Shown one piece after another: positions 37,194 to 44,997 of a DNA stretch of 64,000 nt. Where the stretch lies: positions 11,106-75,105 of the forward strand of contig JACPLB010000001.1 in the NCBI GenBank assembly GCA_016186705.1. The letters are read 5' to 3'. The notes under the pieces were generated by a model. The model had not been told where the DNA came from and made no database searches. It saw only the letters and a list, made by a program, of their open reading frames with translations. The translations under genes were made by a program, and so were the position numbers. Source of the DNA: Candidatus Kaiserbacteria bacterium. Lineage in GTDB: Bacteria; Patescibacteriota; Minisyncoccia; Phycocordibacterales; JABMNX01. Numbering within the stretch: position 1 is the first letter of the stretch; every line of letters begins with the position of its first letter.

Positions 37194-38438
37194 ATGCTTG
37201 CACCGCGCCACAACATCATTCTTATAATCGCCATTGCCGTGCTTCTTGTGGGGGCTTTCGCGCTTGGCATGTATGTCGACGGAACTCGGGAAGACGGAAC
37301 CTTTATTCCCGTTTTTGCCGGTGATTCAACAGTTAAAGTGCCGGATGTTGATTTCTCCCCCGTGTGGAAAGCGTGGAACGTCCTTGATGAAAAGTACGTC
37401 AGTGCGTCAAGCACCGATTCCACGGTCAGCAGCGAAGAGCGCGTATGGGGCATGATTCAAGGGCTTGCCGACTCTCTCGGCGATCCGTATACCGTTTTTT
37501 TGCCTCCGGCGGACGCGGAGGTATTTGAGGCGGACATCAGCGGGAATTTCGAAGGCGTCGGAATGGAAATAGCGACGCGAGATAACACTCTTACCGTTGT
37601 TTCGCCCCTTAAAGACACGCCGGCGTACAAAGCGGGGATTCAAAGCGGGGACAAGCTTATAGAAATCGACGGAAAAAAGACCGACACTCTTTCGGTGGAC
37701 CAGGCAGTGAAACTTATCCGCGGAGAACGCGGGACTGAAGTAGTCTTTACGATTGTGCGCGACAATGAAACGGAACCGCTCACAATTCCCGTTATTCGCG
37801 ATACTATCCAGATTCCGACCATTAGCATTGACAGTGAAGACGGCGCAGGGCTTCGGGCAGACGGGGTATTTGTCATTCAACTCTACAATTTTTCGGCAAT
37901 CTCCCAACACTTGTTTCGCGACGCGCTTCGGGAATTCGTACTTTCAGGTTCCGACAAGCTTGTTCTCGACCTCCGCGGGAACCCCGGAGGCTTTCTTGAA
38001 GCGGCAGTCGATATGGCGAGCTGGTTTTTGCCGGTCGGAAAAGTGGTCGTTGAAGAAAATTTCGGACAAAATGAGAAGCCAAAAGTGCATCGTAGCCGTG
38101 GGTACAACGTGTTTAATAAAAATTTGAAAATGACAGTTCTCGTAAATCGCGGGTCGGCGTCCGCCTCTGAAATTCTCGCGGCGGCGCTCCGCGAGCACGG
38201 TATTGCGACGCTTATCGGCGAGCGCACATTCGGCAAGGGGTCGGTGCAAGAGCTCGTAAGCATTACCGAGAATACCTCTCTCAAAGTGACAATCGCGCGA
38301 TGGCTTACGCCAAACGGTAATTCCATTTCCGATTTCGGGCTTGAACCGGATATCACAGTTGAACTTTCGGCGGAAGAAAAGGAAAAAGGGATTGATTCAC
38401 AACTTGAACGGGCGGCTGGATTTCTTACGTCTTTGTAG
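37194..38438 (+). CDS. S41 C-terminal processing peptidase with PDZ domain
   Basis: DPYT, DLRGNPGG, SASASEI, TFGKGSVQ. Confidence 0.95.
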   Translation: MLAPRHNIILIIAIAVLLVGAFALGMYVDGTREDGTFIPVFAGDSTVKVPDVDFSPVWKAWNVLDEKYVSASSTDSTVSSEERVWGMIQGLADSLGDPYTVFLPPADAEVFEADISGNFEGVGMEIATRDNTLTVVSPLKDTPAYKAGIQSGDKLIEIDGKKTDTLSVDQAVKLIRGERGTEVVFTIVRDNETEPLTIPVIRDTIQIPTISIDSEDGAGLRADGVFVIQLYNFSAISQHLFRDALREFVLSGSDKLVLDLRGNPGGFLEAAVDMASWFLPVGKVVVEENFGQNEKPKVHRSRGYNVFNKNLKMTVLVNRGSASASEILAAALREHGIATLIGERTFGKGSVQELVSITENTSLKVTIARWLTPNGNSISDFGLEPDITVELSAEEKEKGIDSQLERAAGFLTSL

Positions 38439-38513
38439 TATAATAAAGCGTCCGCGAATGCTTCTGCAAGACAACAGAAGGGCTGTTATTAATGTTTTTA
38501 TCTCTCGTTTTCA

Positions 38514-38960
38514 ATGAAAGTCATACTACTGAGCGATGTGCGAGGGTCGGGAAAGAAATACGATATAAAAGACGTGTCCGATGGATACGCGATGAATTTT
38601 CTGCTTCCGAATAAGCTGGCTGACAGAGCAACGCCGAAACGGGTGAAAGAAATTGAGCGTATGAGGCAGGAAATGTCGGAAGAGACGCGTATTCAGGAAA
38701 ATTTACTTGAAAAAAACTTTGATGCGCTGAAAAGAATCCGGCTCGAAATGTCGGAGAAAGCAAATGAAAAAGGGGTCCTTTTTAAAGGCATTACGCCGGA
38801 TATACTCTCGAAAGAATTAAAGAAACAGGTTCGTGTCGAACTGCCTGCAAGCGCAATCGTATTAGAGAAACCTATTAAGGAGATTGGAGAATACACCGTT
38901 CTTGTCGTCGTGGGAGAGCACAAAACATCTTTTACTCTCGTTGTGTCCGGTACGAAATAA
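38514..38960 (+). CDS. rplI: 50S ribosomal protein L9
   Basis: MKVILL, VSDGYAMNFLLP, PIKEIGEY. Confidence 0.95.
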   Translation: MKVILLSDVRGSGKKYDIKDVSDGYAMNFLLPNKLADRATPKRVKEIERMRQEMSEETRIQENLLEKNFDALKRIRLEMSEKANEKGVLFKGITPDILSKELKKQVRVELPASAIVLEKPIKEIGEYTVLVVVGEHKTSFTLVVSGTK

Positions 38961-38966
38961 ACGGCG

Positions 38967-39239
38967 TCAGAGAATATCCACTGCCTTCTTCAGCCGTACC
39001 GCGCCGTCATAACCCGTTTTTCGGCGATTGCGAAAATACACTGTACCGTCTTTTAAGGCAAAAAGCGTATGGTCTTTTCCAAGCCCTACGTTCTTTCCGG
39101 GAAGCACTTGTGTGCCGCGCTGGCGAACGATAATAGAGCCGGTTTTCGCCTTCTCGCCGCTGTATAGTTTTATGCCAAGGTATTTTGGATTTGAATCGCG
39201 CAGGTTTTTCGCTGTTCCACCTGCTTTTTTATGCGCCAT
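38967..39239 (-). CDS. rpmA: 50S ribosomal protein L27
   Basis: [28 protein letters not shown]. Confidence 0.97.
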   Translation of the reverse strand: MAHKKAGGTAKNLRDSNPKYLGIKLYSGEKAKTGSIIVRQRGTQVLPGKNVGLGKDHTLFALKDGTVYFRNRRKTGYDGAVRLKKAVDIL

Positions 39240-39242
39240 ATA

Positions 39243-39274
39243 TTAGGTTTTAGCTTAAAGCTTTTAGCTTTCAG
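39243..39274 (-). repeat. Heptamer AAGCTnn array upstream of rpmA
   Basis: Minus strand CTGAAAGCTAAAAGCTTTAAGCTAAAACCTAA. Confidence 0.75.
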
Positions 39275-39341
39275 AGTAAAAGACAATAATAGACCGCTAC
39301 AGATTTTGTGAGACAACAATCTTTATCTTACAATAGACGGT

Positions 39342-39722
39342 ATGAGTATACGGGATGTATTCTTTAAAATCAAGGGGTTTTTCGCGTATCCGCCTATCGA
39401 TATTCTTGTCGTACTCATCATTATTCTTATTGGTTCTGCGGGGTTTGGACTCGGGCGTCTCTCGGCTCTTCAAGACAACGTCGTCCCCGTTACTGTCATA
39501 CAACAAGAAAGAAGTGCGCAGGCTTCAGTTAGTACTGCTAGTACTGCCATAACTGCGCCTTCAGACTCCGTGGTCGCTTCTAAAGTTGGCACTAAGTATC
39601 ATTTCCCATGGTGTCCGGGGGCGCAACAAATTTCTGAAAAAAATAAAATTACCTTTATCTCCGCTGAAGAAGCCCGAGCTTCGGGTTATACTCCCGCGGC
39701 AAATTGCAAAGGGCTTGAATAG
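39342..39722 (+). CDS. Membrane-anchored protein with an Ada metal-binding-like domain
   Basis: TM, GFGLGRLS, VASKVGTKYHFPWC...GYTPAANC. Confidence 0.85.
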   Translation: MSIRDVFFKIKGFFAYPPIDILVVLIIILIGSAGFGLGRLSALQDNVVPVTVIQQERSAQASVSTASTAITAPSDSVVASKVGTKYHFPWCPGAQQISEKNKITFISAEEARASGYTPAANCKGLE

Positions 39723-39810
39723 CTCCTGATTTAGAGCTTTTAGCTTTCAGGAGCAAAAAGAAAACCCGCCGGAGGGGGCGGGGGAGTGAGAGTTGCGGGA
39801 TATGTGGGGG

Positions 39811-40023
39811 TCAAGGCCGGGATTTTTTTGAGGAAGCGGGCGACTTGATTTGTCTTCCGAACCATATGAAGATTCCCCCGACAAGGTTCCTGATTTGCTT
39901 GAGGATCCACCGATTCAGCTTTCCGACAGCTTTTGGTCCGCCGAGAATCATAGCGAATCCGTTTGCCATGATGAGCGCGACCAAAAATATGCCGAATAAA
40001 CCGGTCCACGAAATTTGTTCCAT
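39811..40023 (-). CDS. Small membrane protein (ORFan)
   Basis: SD AAGGAG; TTGACA..TATAAT promoter; hydrophobic N-terminus. Confidence 0.6.
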   Translation of the reverse strand: MEQISWTGLFGIFLVALIMANGFAMILGGPKAVGKLNRWILKQIRNLVGGIFIWFGRQIKSPASSKKSRP

Positions 40024-40134
40024 GGAAAATCTCCTTATTTCCACGTTTCTACCTTCTTTAATTATATACCAAAAATAACAGTGTGTCAAGGTTACGCATT
40101 ACGGTGAAGTATGTAAAAAATTACTGTCTATTTG

Positions 40135-40167
40135 ACTGGAAGCTAGAAGCTAAAAGCTGTAAGCTAA
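40135..40167 (+). repeat. Heptamer AAGCTnn array upstream of the exonuclease gene
   Basis: CTGGAAGCTAGAAGCTAAAAGCTGTAAGCTAA. Confidence 0.8.
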
Positions 40168-40171
40168 TGGG

Positions 40172-40777
40172 ATGATTGTTATAGACATTGAAGCGTCGGG
40201 GACCGAATACCATAAGCATTCAATCGTTTCGATTGGAGCGCTTGATTTTGATAATCCGACCAATCAATTTTACGACGAGTGCCGGATATGGGACGGGGCG
40301 CACATTATGGATGAGGCGCTTCTCGTCAACGGTTTTACGAAAGAAGAAATTACGGACGAAAATAAAAAACCCGAAGCGGAAATTGTTCGGGCCTTCCTCG
40401 CGTGGGCAGGGGACATTGAAGACAGAACACTTGCCGGACAGAACGTCTCTTTTGACCGCGATTTTCTCAAAGCAGCGGCGGAGCGGGCGCACCTTGACTG
40501 GACTCTGCCGCACCGCACTATAGACACGCATACGCTCGCGTGGATGCACATAGTAAAACACGGAGGAAAGCCGCCGATAGAGAATCATCGTTCTGCGCTG
40601 AATCTTGACGCTGTGTTAAACTACGTCGGCATTCCCGACGAGCCGACCCCGCACAATGCGCTCACGGGCGCGATGTCGCACGCCGAAATCATTTCACGAC
40701 TTTTATACGACAAGAAACTGCTTCCGGAATTTAATGCGCATGAGATTCCTTGGATTGAGGAGAAGGGGAGTATATAA
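40172..40777 (+). CDS. DEDDh 3'-5' exonuclease (DnaQ-like)
   Basis: DIEASG, QNVSFD, IDT, HNALTGA. Confidence 0.88.
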   Translation: MIVIDIEASGTEYHKHSIVSIGALDFDNPTNQFYDECRIWDGAHIMDEALLVNGFTKEEITDENKKPEAEIVRAFLAWAGDIEDRTLAGQNVSFDRDFLKAAAERAHLDWTLPHRTIDTHTLAWMHIVKHGGKPPIENHRSALNLDAVLNYVGIPDEPTPHNALTGAMSHAEIISRLLYDKKLLPEFNAHEIPWIEEKGSI

Positions 40778-40786
40778 TCATGTCAC

Positions 40787-41488
40787 ATGAATCTATCTCA
40801 GAAAAAAGAAGGGGAGGCGCTTCGCTGTAAAATCAATCGAAAGAAATTCCCGCAGAACAGTCATGACGGGGAAATCGCCGAAAGGGTAGGGAGGATAGCG
40901 TCGGAGTTCACGCAAGGATTTGAAGTGCTCCAAAAATATGACCTTGCGGCGACCTTTTTCGGCTCCGCCCGTTGTTCTTTGGGAAGCGCTCTCTATGAGG
41001 ATGCTTCAAAGCTCGCGTATCGCCTCTCACGCACTGGATTTACGATTATCACGGGGGGCGCCGCCGGAGTCATGGAGGCGGCGAACAAAGGAGCTCACGA
41101 CGCCGGAGGGGATTCCGTCGGTCTTAATATAACGCTTCCGGAAGAGCAGTCGGGAAATGATTACACGACAGACCGCCACGATTTCCACTACTTTTTTACG
41201 AGAAAAGTCATGCTTACGTTCGCTTCTGAAGTGTATATTTATTTCCCCGGAGGGTTCGGGACACTCGATGAATTCTTTGAGATAGCAACCCTTATTCAGA
41301 CAAAGAAGATCGAACCCATTCCGATAATCCTCATAGGAGAGGAGTACTGGAGACCGCTTGTGAAGTGGATTGAAGAAGAGCTCCTTAAGAAACACAAGAC
41401 GGTCTCTAAAGAGGATACGCGCATCTATACTCTGGTTGATTCGGTTGACGAGGCGTATAATGAAATTGTCAAACAAGTGTGCGAATAG
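40787..41488 (+). CDS. LOG-family (TIGR00730) Rossmann-fold protein
   Basis: FGSAR, TGGAAGVMEA, RK, PGGFGTLDE. Confidence 0.93.
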   Translation: MNLSQKKEGEALRCKINRKKFPQNSHDGEIAERVGRIASEFTQGFEVLQKYDLAATFFGSARCSLGSALYEDASKLAYRLSRTGFTIITGGAAGVMEAANKGAHDAGGDSVGLNITLPEEQSGNDYTTDRHDFHYFFTRKVMLTFASEVYIYFPGGFGTLDEFFEIATLIQTKKIEPIPIILIGEEYWRPLVKWIEEELLKKHKTVSKEDTRIYTLVDSVDEAYNEIVKQVCE

Positions 41489-41489
41489 C

Positions 41490-41606
41490 ATGACGGCGTC
41501 TTTCAAACACAAGCGTTGGTATCATGACAAGCAAATACTGGCTCTTGTTACGGGCTTTATAAGCACGGTTTTGACCTCCATTAACCTCATACTCGGGATT
41601 ATTTAA
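41490..41606 (+). CDS. 38-aa single-TM peptide
   Basis: MTASFKHKRWYHDKQILALVTGFISTVLTSINLILGII*; starts 1 nt after the LOG stop. Confidence 0.45.
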   Translation: MTASFKHKRWYHDKQILALVTGFISTVLTSINLILGII

Positions 41607-41632
41607 AGGACTCTTGGAGTTATTGAGAGTCA

Positions 41633-41660
41633 TTGACAACTTCTATTAATATGTTAGAAT
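41633..41660 (+). promoter_or_regulatory. Sigma70 promoter
   Basis: TTGACA-N16-(TG)TAGAAT. Confidence 0.65.
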
Positions 41661-41735
41661 GTATGAAATTCGGCATTGCCGAGTTTTTTGTTTTAACAGC
41701 CTAAGAATCGGCTTATTATATTCACCTTACTTATC

Positions 41736-42128
41736 TTGATGCTCGGACCCGCCACGGGTCAGGCGCCGCTCACTCCCGTAACTTCGAGGGACATAGTAAC
41801 GTCGCCGCGATACGTTGAGCAGTACGTACGCGCGTACTTCTCTGACATTCCCGCTCTTGCTCTTATTGCGGAATGCGAATCGCACTTTCGTCATTACGAT
41901 GAAAACGGTAACGTACTTCGCGGAACGAAGAATAAAAGCGACGTTGGGGTGATGCAAATCAACGAAGCGTACCATCTTGATGCCGCGCTTGAAATGAACG
42001 TAGACCTCTACGCGCTTGAAGGAAATCTTTCTTACGCGAGACATCTCTACGAAACAATGGGGCTTCAGCCATGGAAACATTCAAAAAAGTGCTGGTATCC
42101 TCAAACGCTTGCGTTCGCGCAGTTGTAA
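41736..42128 (+). CDS. Lysozyme-like/SLT transglycosylase domain protein (start uncertain)
   Basis: IAECES, DVGVMQIN, GNLSYA, GLQPW..S..CW. Confidence 0.8.
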   Translation: MMLGPATGQAPLTPVTSRDIVTSPRYVEQYVRAYFSDIPALALIAECESHFRHYDENGNVLRGTKNKSDVGVMQINEAYHLDAALEMNVDLYALEGNLSYARHLYETMGLQPWKHSKKCWYPQTLAFAQL

Positions 42129-42182
42129 CACGAAAGCCGCTCCTGGAGCGGCTTTCGTGTTATTAAAGGGTGTAAGGGCGTT

Positions 42183-42578
42183 CTATTTCTCGATTGAGAA
42201 CTGTCCGGCGCCGAATCGCACCATGTAGAGGAGCGCGGCGACAATGCCCATGTTTTTAATAAAGAACATTTGTTGTACTTGGTCGGCAAAATTCGTGTGG
42301 AAGATAAAGGAGGCGGCGATGGTAAAGATTCCTAGTGCGAGCGCTCCCCAGAAGATTCGGTAACCAAGAATGACGGAAAGTCCACCGAGTATTTCAACAA
42401 CGATGGCGATAGTGATGGCAAGCTCCGGGGAGGGAAGTCCTGCCGATTGGGCAAATAAGACCATACCGGCAAATCCGGTGATTTTTTGTATGCCTCCCAT
42501 CAAAAACATTCCTCCGACAAGAACACGTGCGACAAGCGGCGCGAATGGCAGCAATGTATGCACAACATTATTATTCAT
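42183..42578 (-). CDS. DoxX family membrane protein
   Basis: ARVLVGGMFL, EILGG, FIKN, GAGQFS. Confidence 0.9.
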   Translation of the reverse strand: MNNNVVHTLLPFAPLVARVLVGGMFLMGGIQKITGFAGMVLFAQSAGLPSPELAITIAIVVEILGGLSVILGYRIFWGALALGIFTIAASFIFHTNFADQVQQMFFIKNMGIVAALLYMVRFGAGQFSIEK

Positions 42579-42768
42579 AGAAGTAACAATTTTTGTAATA
42601 AGCTGGTAATAATTGAAGTATAGCAGATTTATTGAAAGGGAAGAGGGAGAACGCAAGCTTATTGTGTATAGTTTAAAACATACTCAATGTCGCACAATAT
42701 ACCTTTCGCGACAGGCATAGTTAACATCTTTAAGTCACCTCTTAGATTTAGATTTTGTATACTTAAAG

Positions 42769-42922
42769 GTTGAGAGGCCTTTGGTAAGCCCGAGTGGGTT
42801 CGGGCGGAGGCCTTTCAACACATGCTTTCGAGGAAATGAAGCCCCTTAGAGCATGCTTAGCCCACCCAGGGCTACGCAAGAAACTTCCGGAGCTCTCCCC
42901 CAGGGAGCTCCGGCTTTTTCTT
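42769..42922 (+). ncRNA. Putative structured small RNA, unit 1
   Basis: -10 TATACT at 42758-63; four consecutive hairpins ending in CCGGAGCTCTC-CCCCA-GGGAGCTCCGG plus CTTTTTCTT. Confidence 0.6.
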
Positions 42923-42948
42923 ATTATTTCTCGTGTTGTGGTATGCTA

Positions 42949-43074
42949 TGCGTATCCTGTTCATCTTCCCCAGGACAGGATACGCAACCTGAGAGAACCC
43001 CTCTCTCGGTCCCCAACTAACCCCGAACCCGGTGCACTTTCTTGGGTTTCTTGCACCGCGTTCGGGGTTTTTTC
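42949..43074 (+). ncRNA. Putative structured small RNA, unit 2
   Basis: TGnTATGCT at 42939-47; three hairpins, the last followed by a T run. Confidence 0.55.
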
Positions 43075-43109
43075 TTGACTTACGAGAGAACTCTTGCAAC
43101 AATTTTAAA

Positions 43110-43216
43110 CGGAAGGTCTTTGAAGGTCTGAGTGGTTCAGACTGGGGACCTTTCGGCTAACTAGGTCCAAAGGGTTCACCCCCGGAGTCCAGAAGGGACT
43201 CCGGGTTCTATTTTTT
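43110..43216 (+). ncRNA. Putative structured small RNA, unit 3 (paralog of the unit 1 5' domain)
   Basis: TTGACT-N17-AACAAT; 5' two-tier hairpin; terminator CCCGGAGTCC-AGAAG-GGACTCCGGG plus TTCTATTTTTT. Confidence 0.6.
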
Positions 43217-43224
43217 GTTATCAA

Positions 43225-43269
43225 TCTAAACAGCTCAACCCACGAGTACTCCGGATTGAGCCGTTTAGA
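43225..43269 (-). terminator. Long hairpin downstream of the DUF378 gene
   Basis: TCTAAACAGCTCAA...TTGAGCCGTTTAGA. Confidence 0.55.
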
Positions 43270-43285
43270 AGAATACTATGACTTG

Positions 43286-43504
43286 TTACATCTGTCCTCC
43301 CGACGAACACTCCCGGCAATTTGATTTATGAGTGAAGAGTTCATAGACAGCAGCAAGGCCAATTATGATGTAGATGGTACGGGATACAGCGTCCGCGGAA
43401 CCTCCAAAGAGGTCTCCAATCTCCCACTGGAAAAGCCCGAGCGCGAGCCAGTTAAGACCTCCGACGACGAGAACGAGAAACGCAACCATGTGGACTGTTT
43501 TCAT
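43286..43504 (-). CDS. DUF378 small membrane protein
   Basis: LVVGGLNW, SRTIYIIIGLAAVY. Confidence 0.9.
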   Translation of the reverse strand: MKTVHMVAFLVLVVGGLNWLALGLFQWEIGDLFGGSADAVSRTIYIIIGLAAVYELFTHKSNCRECSSGGQM

Positions 43505-43640
43505 GCGTGAAATAGAGTTAGTGGTGCGATAACAATCGACCTTACTGTTTTATTATCCCATTACACACATGCGCCACAAGTGTGTTGTGCACATTTTTGG
43601 TCCCCTCTCTAAAAGCTAAAAACTAACATCTGAAAGCTTT

Positions 43641-44993
43641 TTACAGGTACGAGAGCGGATTCAGGTAAGCGTCAAGCGGCGCAATCGGTATCTCCACATT
43701 CCTGCAGTTGACGCTCTTCGTAAAGCGTTCAATTCGGACCCCCTGTGTTGCGTACACGGTAAAGTGAAGGTGCGGACCGGTCGAGTAGCCCGTGTTTCCG
43801 CTAAAGCCGATGACATCTCCCGTTGATACGTTTTGCCCAAGGTTAACCGAAATATGCGAGAGGTGCGCGTAGAGCGTTGTAAGTCCGTTGTTGTGCTTCA
43901 CGAGCACCCATTTGCCGTACGAATAGCATCCTCTCTGTGTGTCGGTATTTCCGGTCCCCGTCACGGTACCGGTAAGTGCCACCTGCACTTTTGTGCCGAC
44001 GCTCGCCCTGAAGTCGACGCCATTATGACCCGCTCCCCTGTAAATTTGCGGGTTTTGAGTGGCAAACGGCGTGTTGCCGAAATATTGTGTAATACAGTAA
44101 ATATTTTTTAATTGGCCGTTAAACGCCTTACATCCCTGCATGTAGCTGTCGGAAAAAGGAAACCGCAGGATACCGGAACCGTATGGAGGAATGCTGTTGG
44201 GGTCAATCGCGATGCGCAATTGGGACTCAAGTTCAAGGAGGTCATTCTCAAATTGCTCGCGAGCGGCGATTTTCTCGTTCAATAATTTTTGATACTCCGA
44301 TTCTTTCTGCACGGTCTTGTTCAGAAGAATATTTTGTTCGGACAGCGTGCCTTCCAAGACAACTTTTTGTCCGGCAAGTTCGGTATTGTAATTCGTCAGC
44401 TCAATTTTCTTTCTCTCTGAAGACGTTTTAGTGGTCTCGAGGTCTTTCTTAAGTTTAATAAGGTCTCGGAGCTCGTCCCGAACGACAATCTGAAACCGCT
44501 GAAGCGTCTCGAGCTGGTCCCAAAATTCGTTCAGATTGTCATGCCCGAGAACAACCTCAATCATTGACTGGGATTCCATTTCGTTGATATTCCGCAGTGC
44601 CAGAGACACCGCGTCCGTATTGTTTTCAATACGTCCGCTCTTATCCGTAATGTCCCGAGAAAGCTCCTGTATCTGAAGCGTTGTCGAGTAAATGCGATTT
44701 TGCGTAATTTGTATGTTTGTTAGGAGCTTTTTCCTCGAGAGATTGAGTTCGCTTACGGTGCTCTCTAACGTCCTTTTCTCGCCCCCGATGTGTGTGAGCT
44801 CCGTCTCATACCGAGCAATGTCTTTCTCAAGTTCATCTATTTTTGCGCCATAGTCGGAGATTTGTTTCTGAATCTCCTCAATGCTTTGAGCGGAAGCATT
44901 CGGCGGAGCTATGCTTATCCACCCGACCGCAAAAACCGCGAGTATACAGAGCGTGCGAATATGCGTAAAAATATGTATCCTCTCCCCTGTCAT
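43641..44993 (-). CDS. Coiled-coil plus M23 peptidase (EnvC/MepM-like)
   Basis: Signal peptide, long coiled coil, HNGVD, YAHLS, STGPHLHF. Confidence 0.92.
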   Translation of the reverse strand: MTGERIHIFTHIRTLCILAVFAVGWISIAPPNASAQSIEEIQKQISDYGAKIDELEKDIARYETELTHIGGEKRTLESTVSELNLSRKKLLTNIQITQNRIYSTTLQIQELSRDITDKSGRIENNTDAVSLALRNINEMESQSMIEVVLGHDNLNEFWDQLETLQRFQIVVRDELRDLIKLKKDLETTKTSSERKKIELTNYNTELAGQKVVLEGTLSEQNILLNKTVQKESEYQKLLNEKIAAREQFENDLLELESQLRIAIDPNSIPPYGSGILRFPFSDSYMQGCKAFNGQLKNIYCITQYFGNTPFATQNPQIYRGAGHNGVDFRASVGTKVQVALTGTVTGTGNTDTQRGCYSYGKWVLVKHNNGLTTLYAHLSHISVNLGQNVSTGDVIGFSGNTGYSTGPHLHFTVYATQGVRIERFTKSVNCRNVEIPIAPLDAYLNPLSYL

Positions 44994-44997
44994 ATCG

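Noticed and set aside
14105-40023. ORFans as integron cassettes
   Set aside because: No attC-like RYYYAAC..GTTRRRY sites and no IntI were seen, and most of the genes carry their own promoters.
42794-43102. ORF-track ORFs 42794..43078(+) and 42872..43102(-)
   Set aside because: They have no SD, no recognisable protein features, and run through terminator hairpins. The structure and compensatory changes fit ncRNA better.
5567-43640. AAGCT arrays or the sRNA cluster as CRISPR
   Set aside because: There are no 23-47 nt identical repeats with unique spacers and no cas genes.
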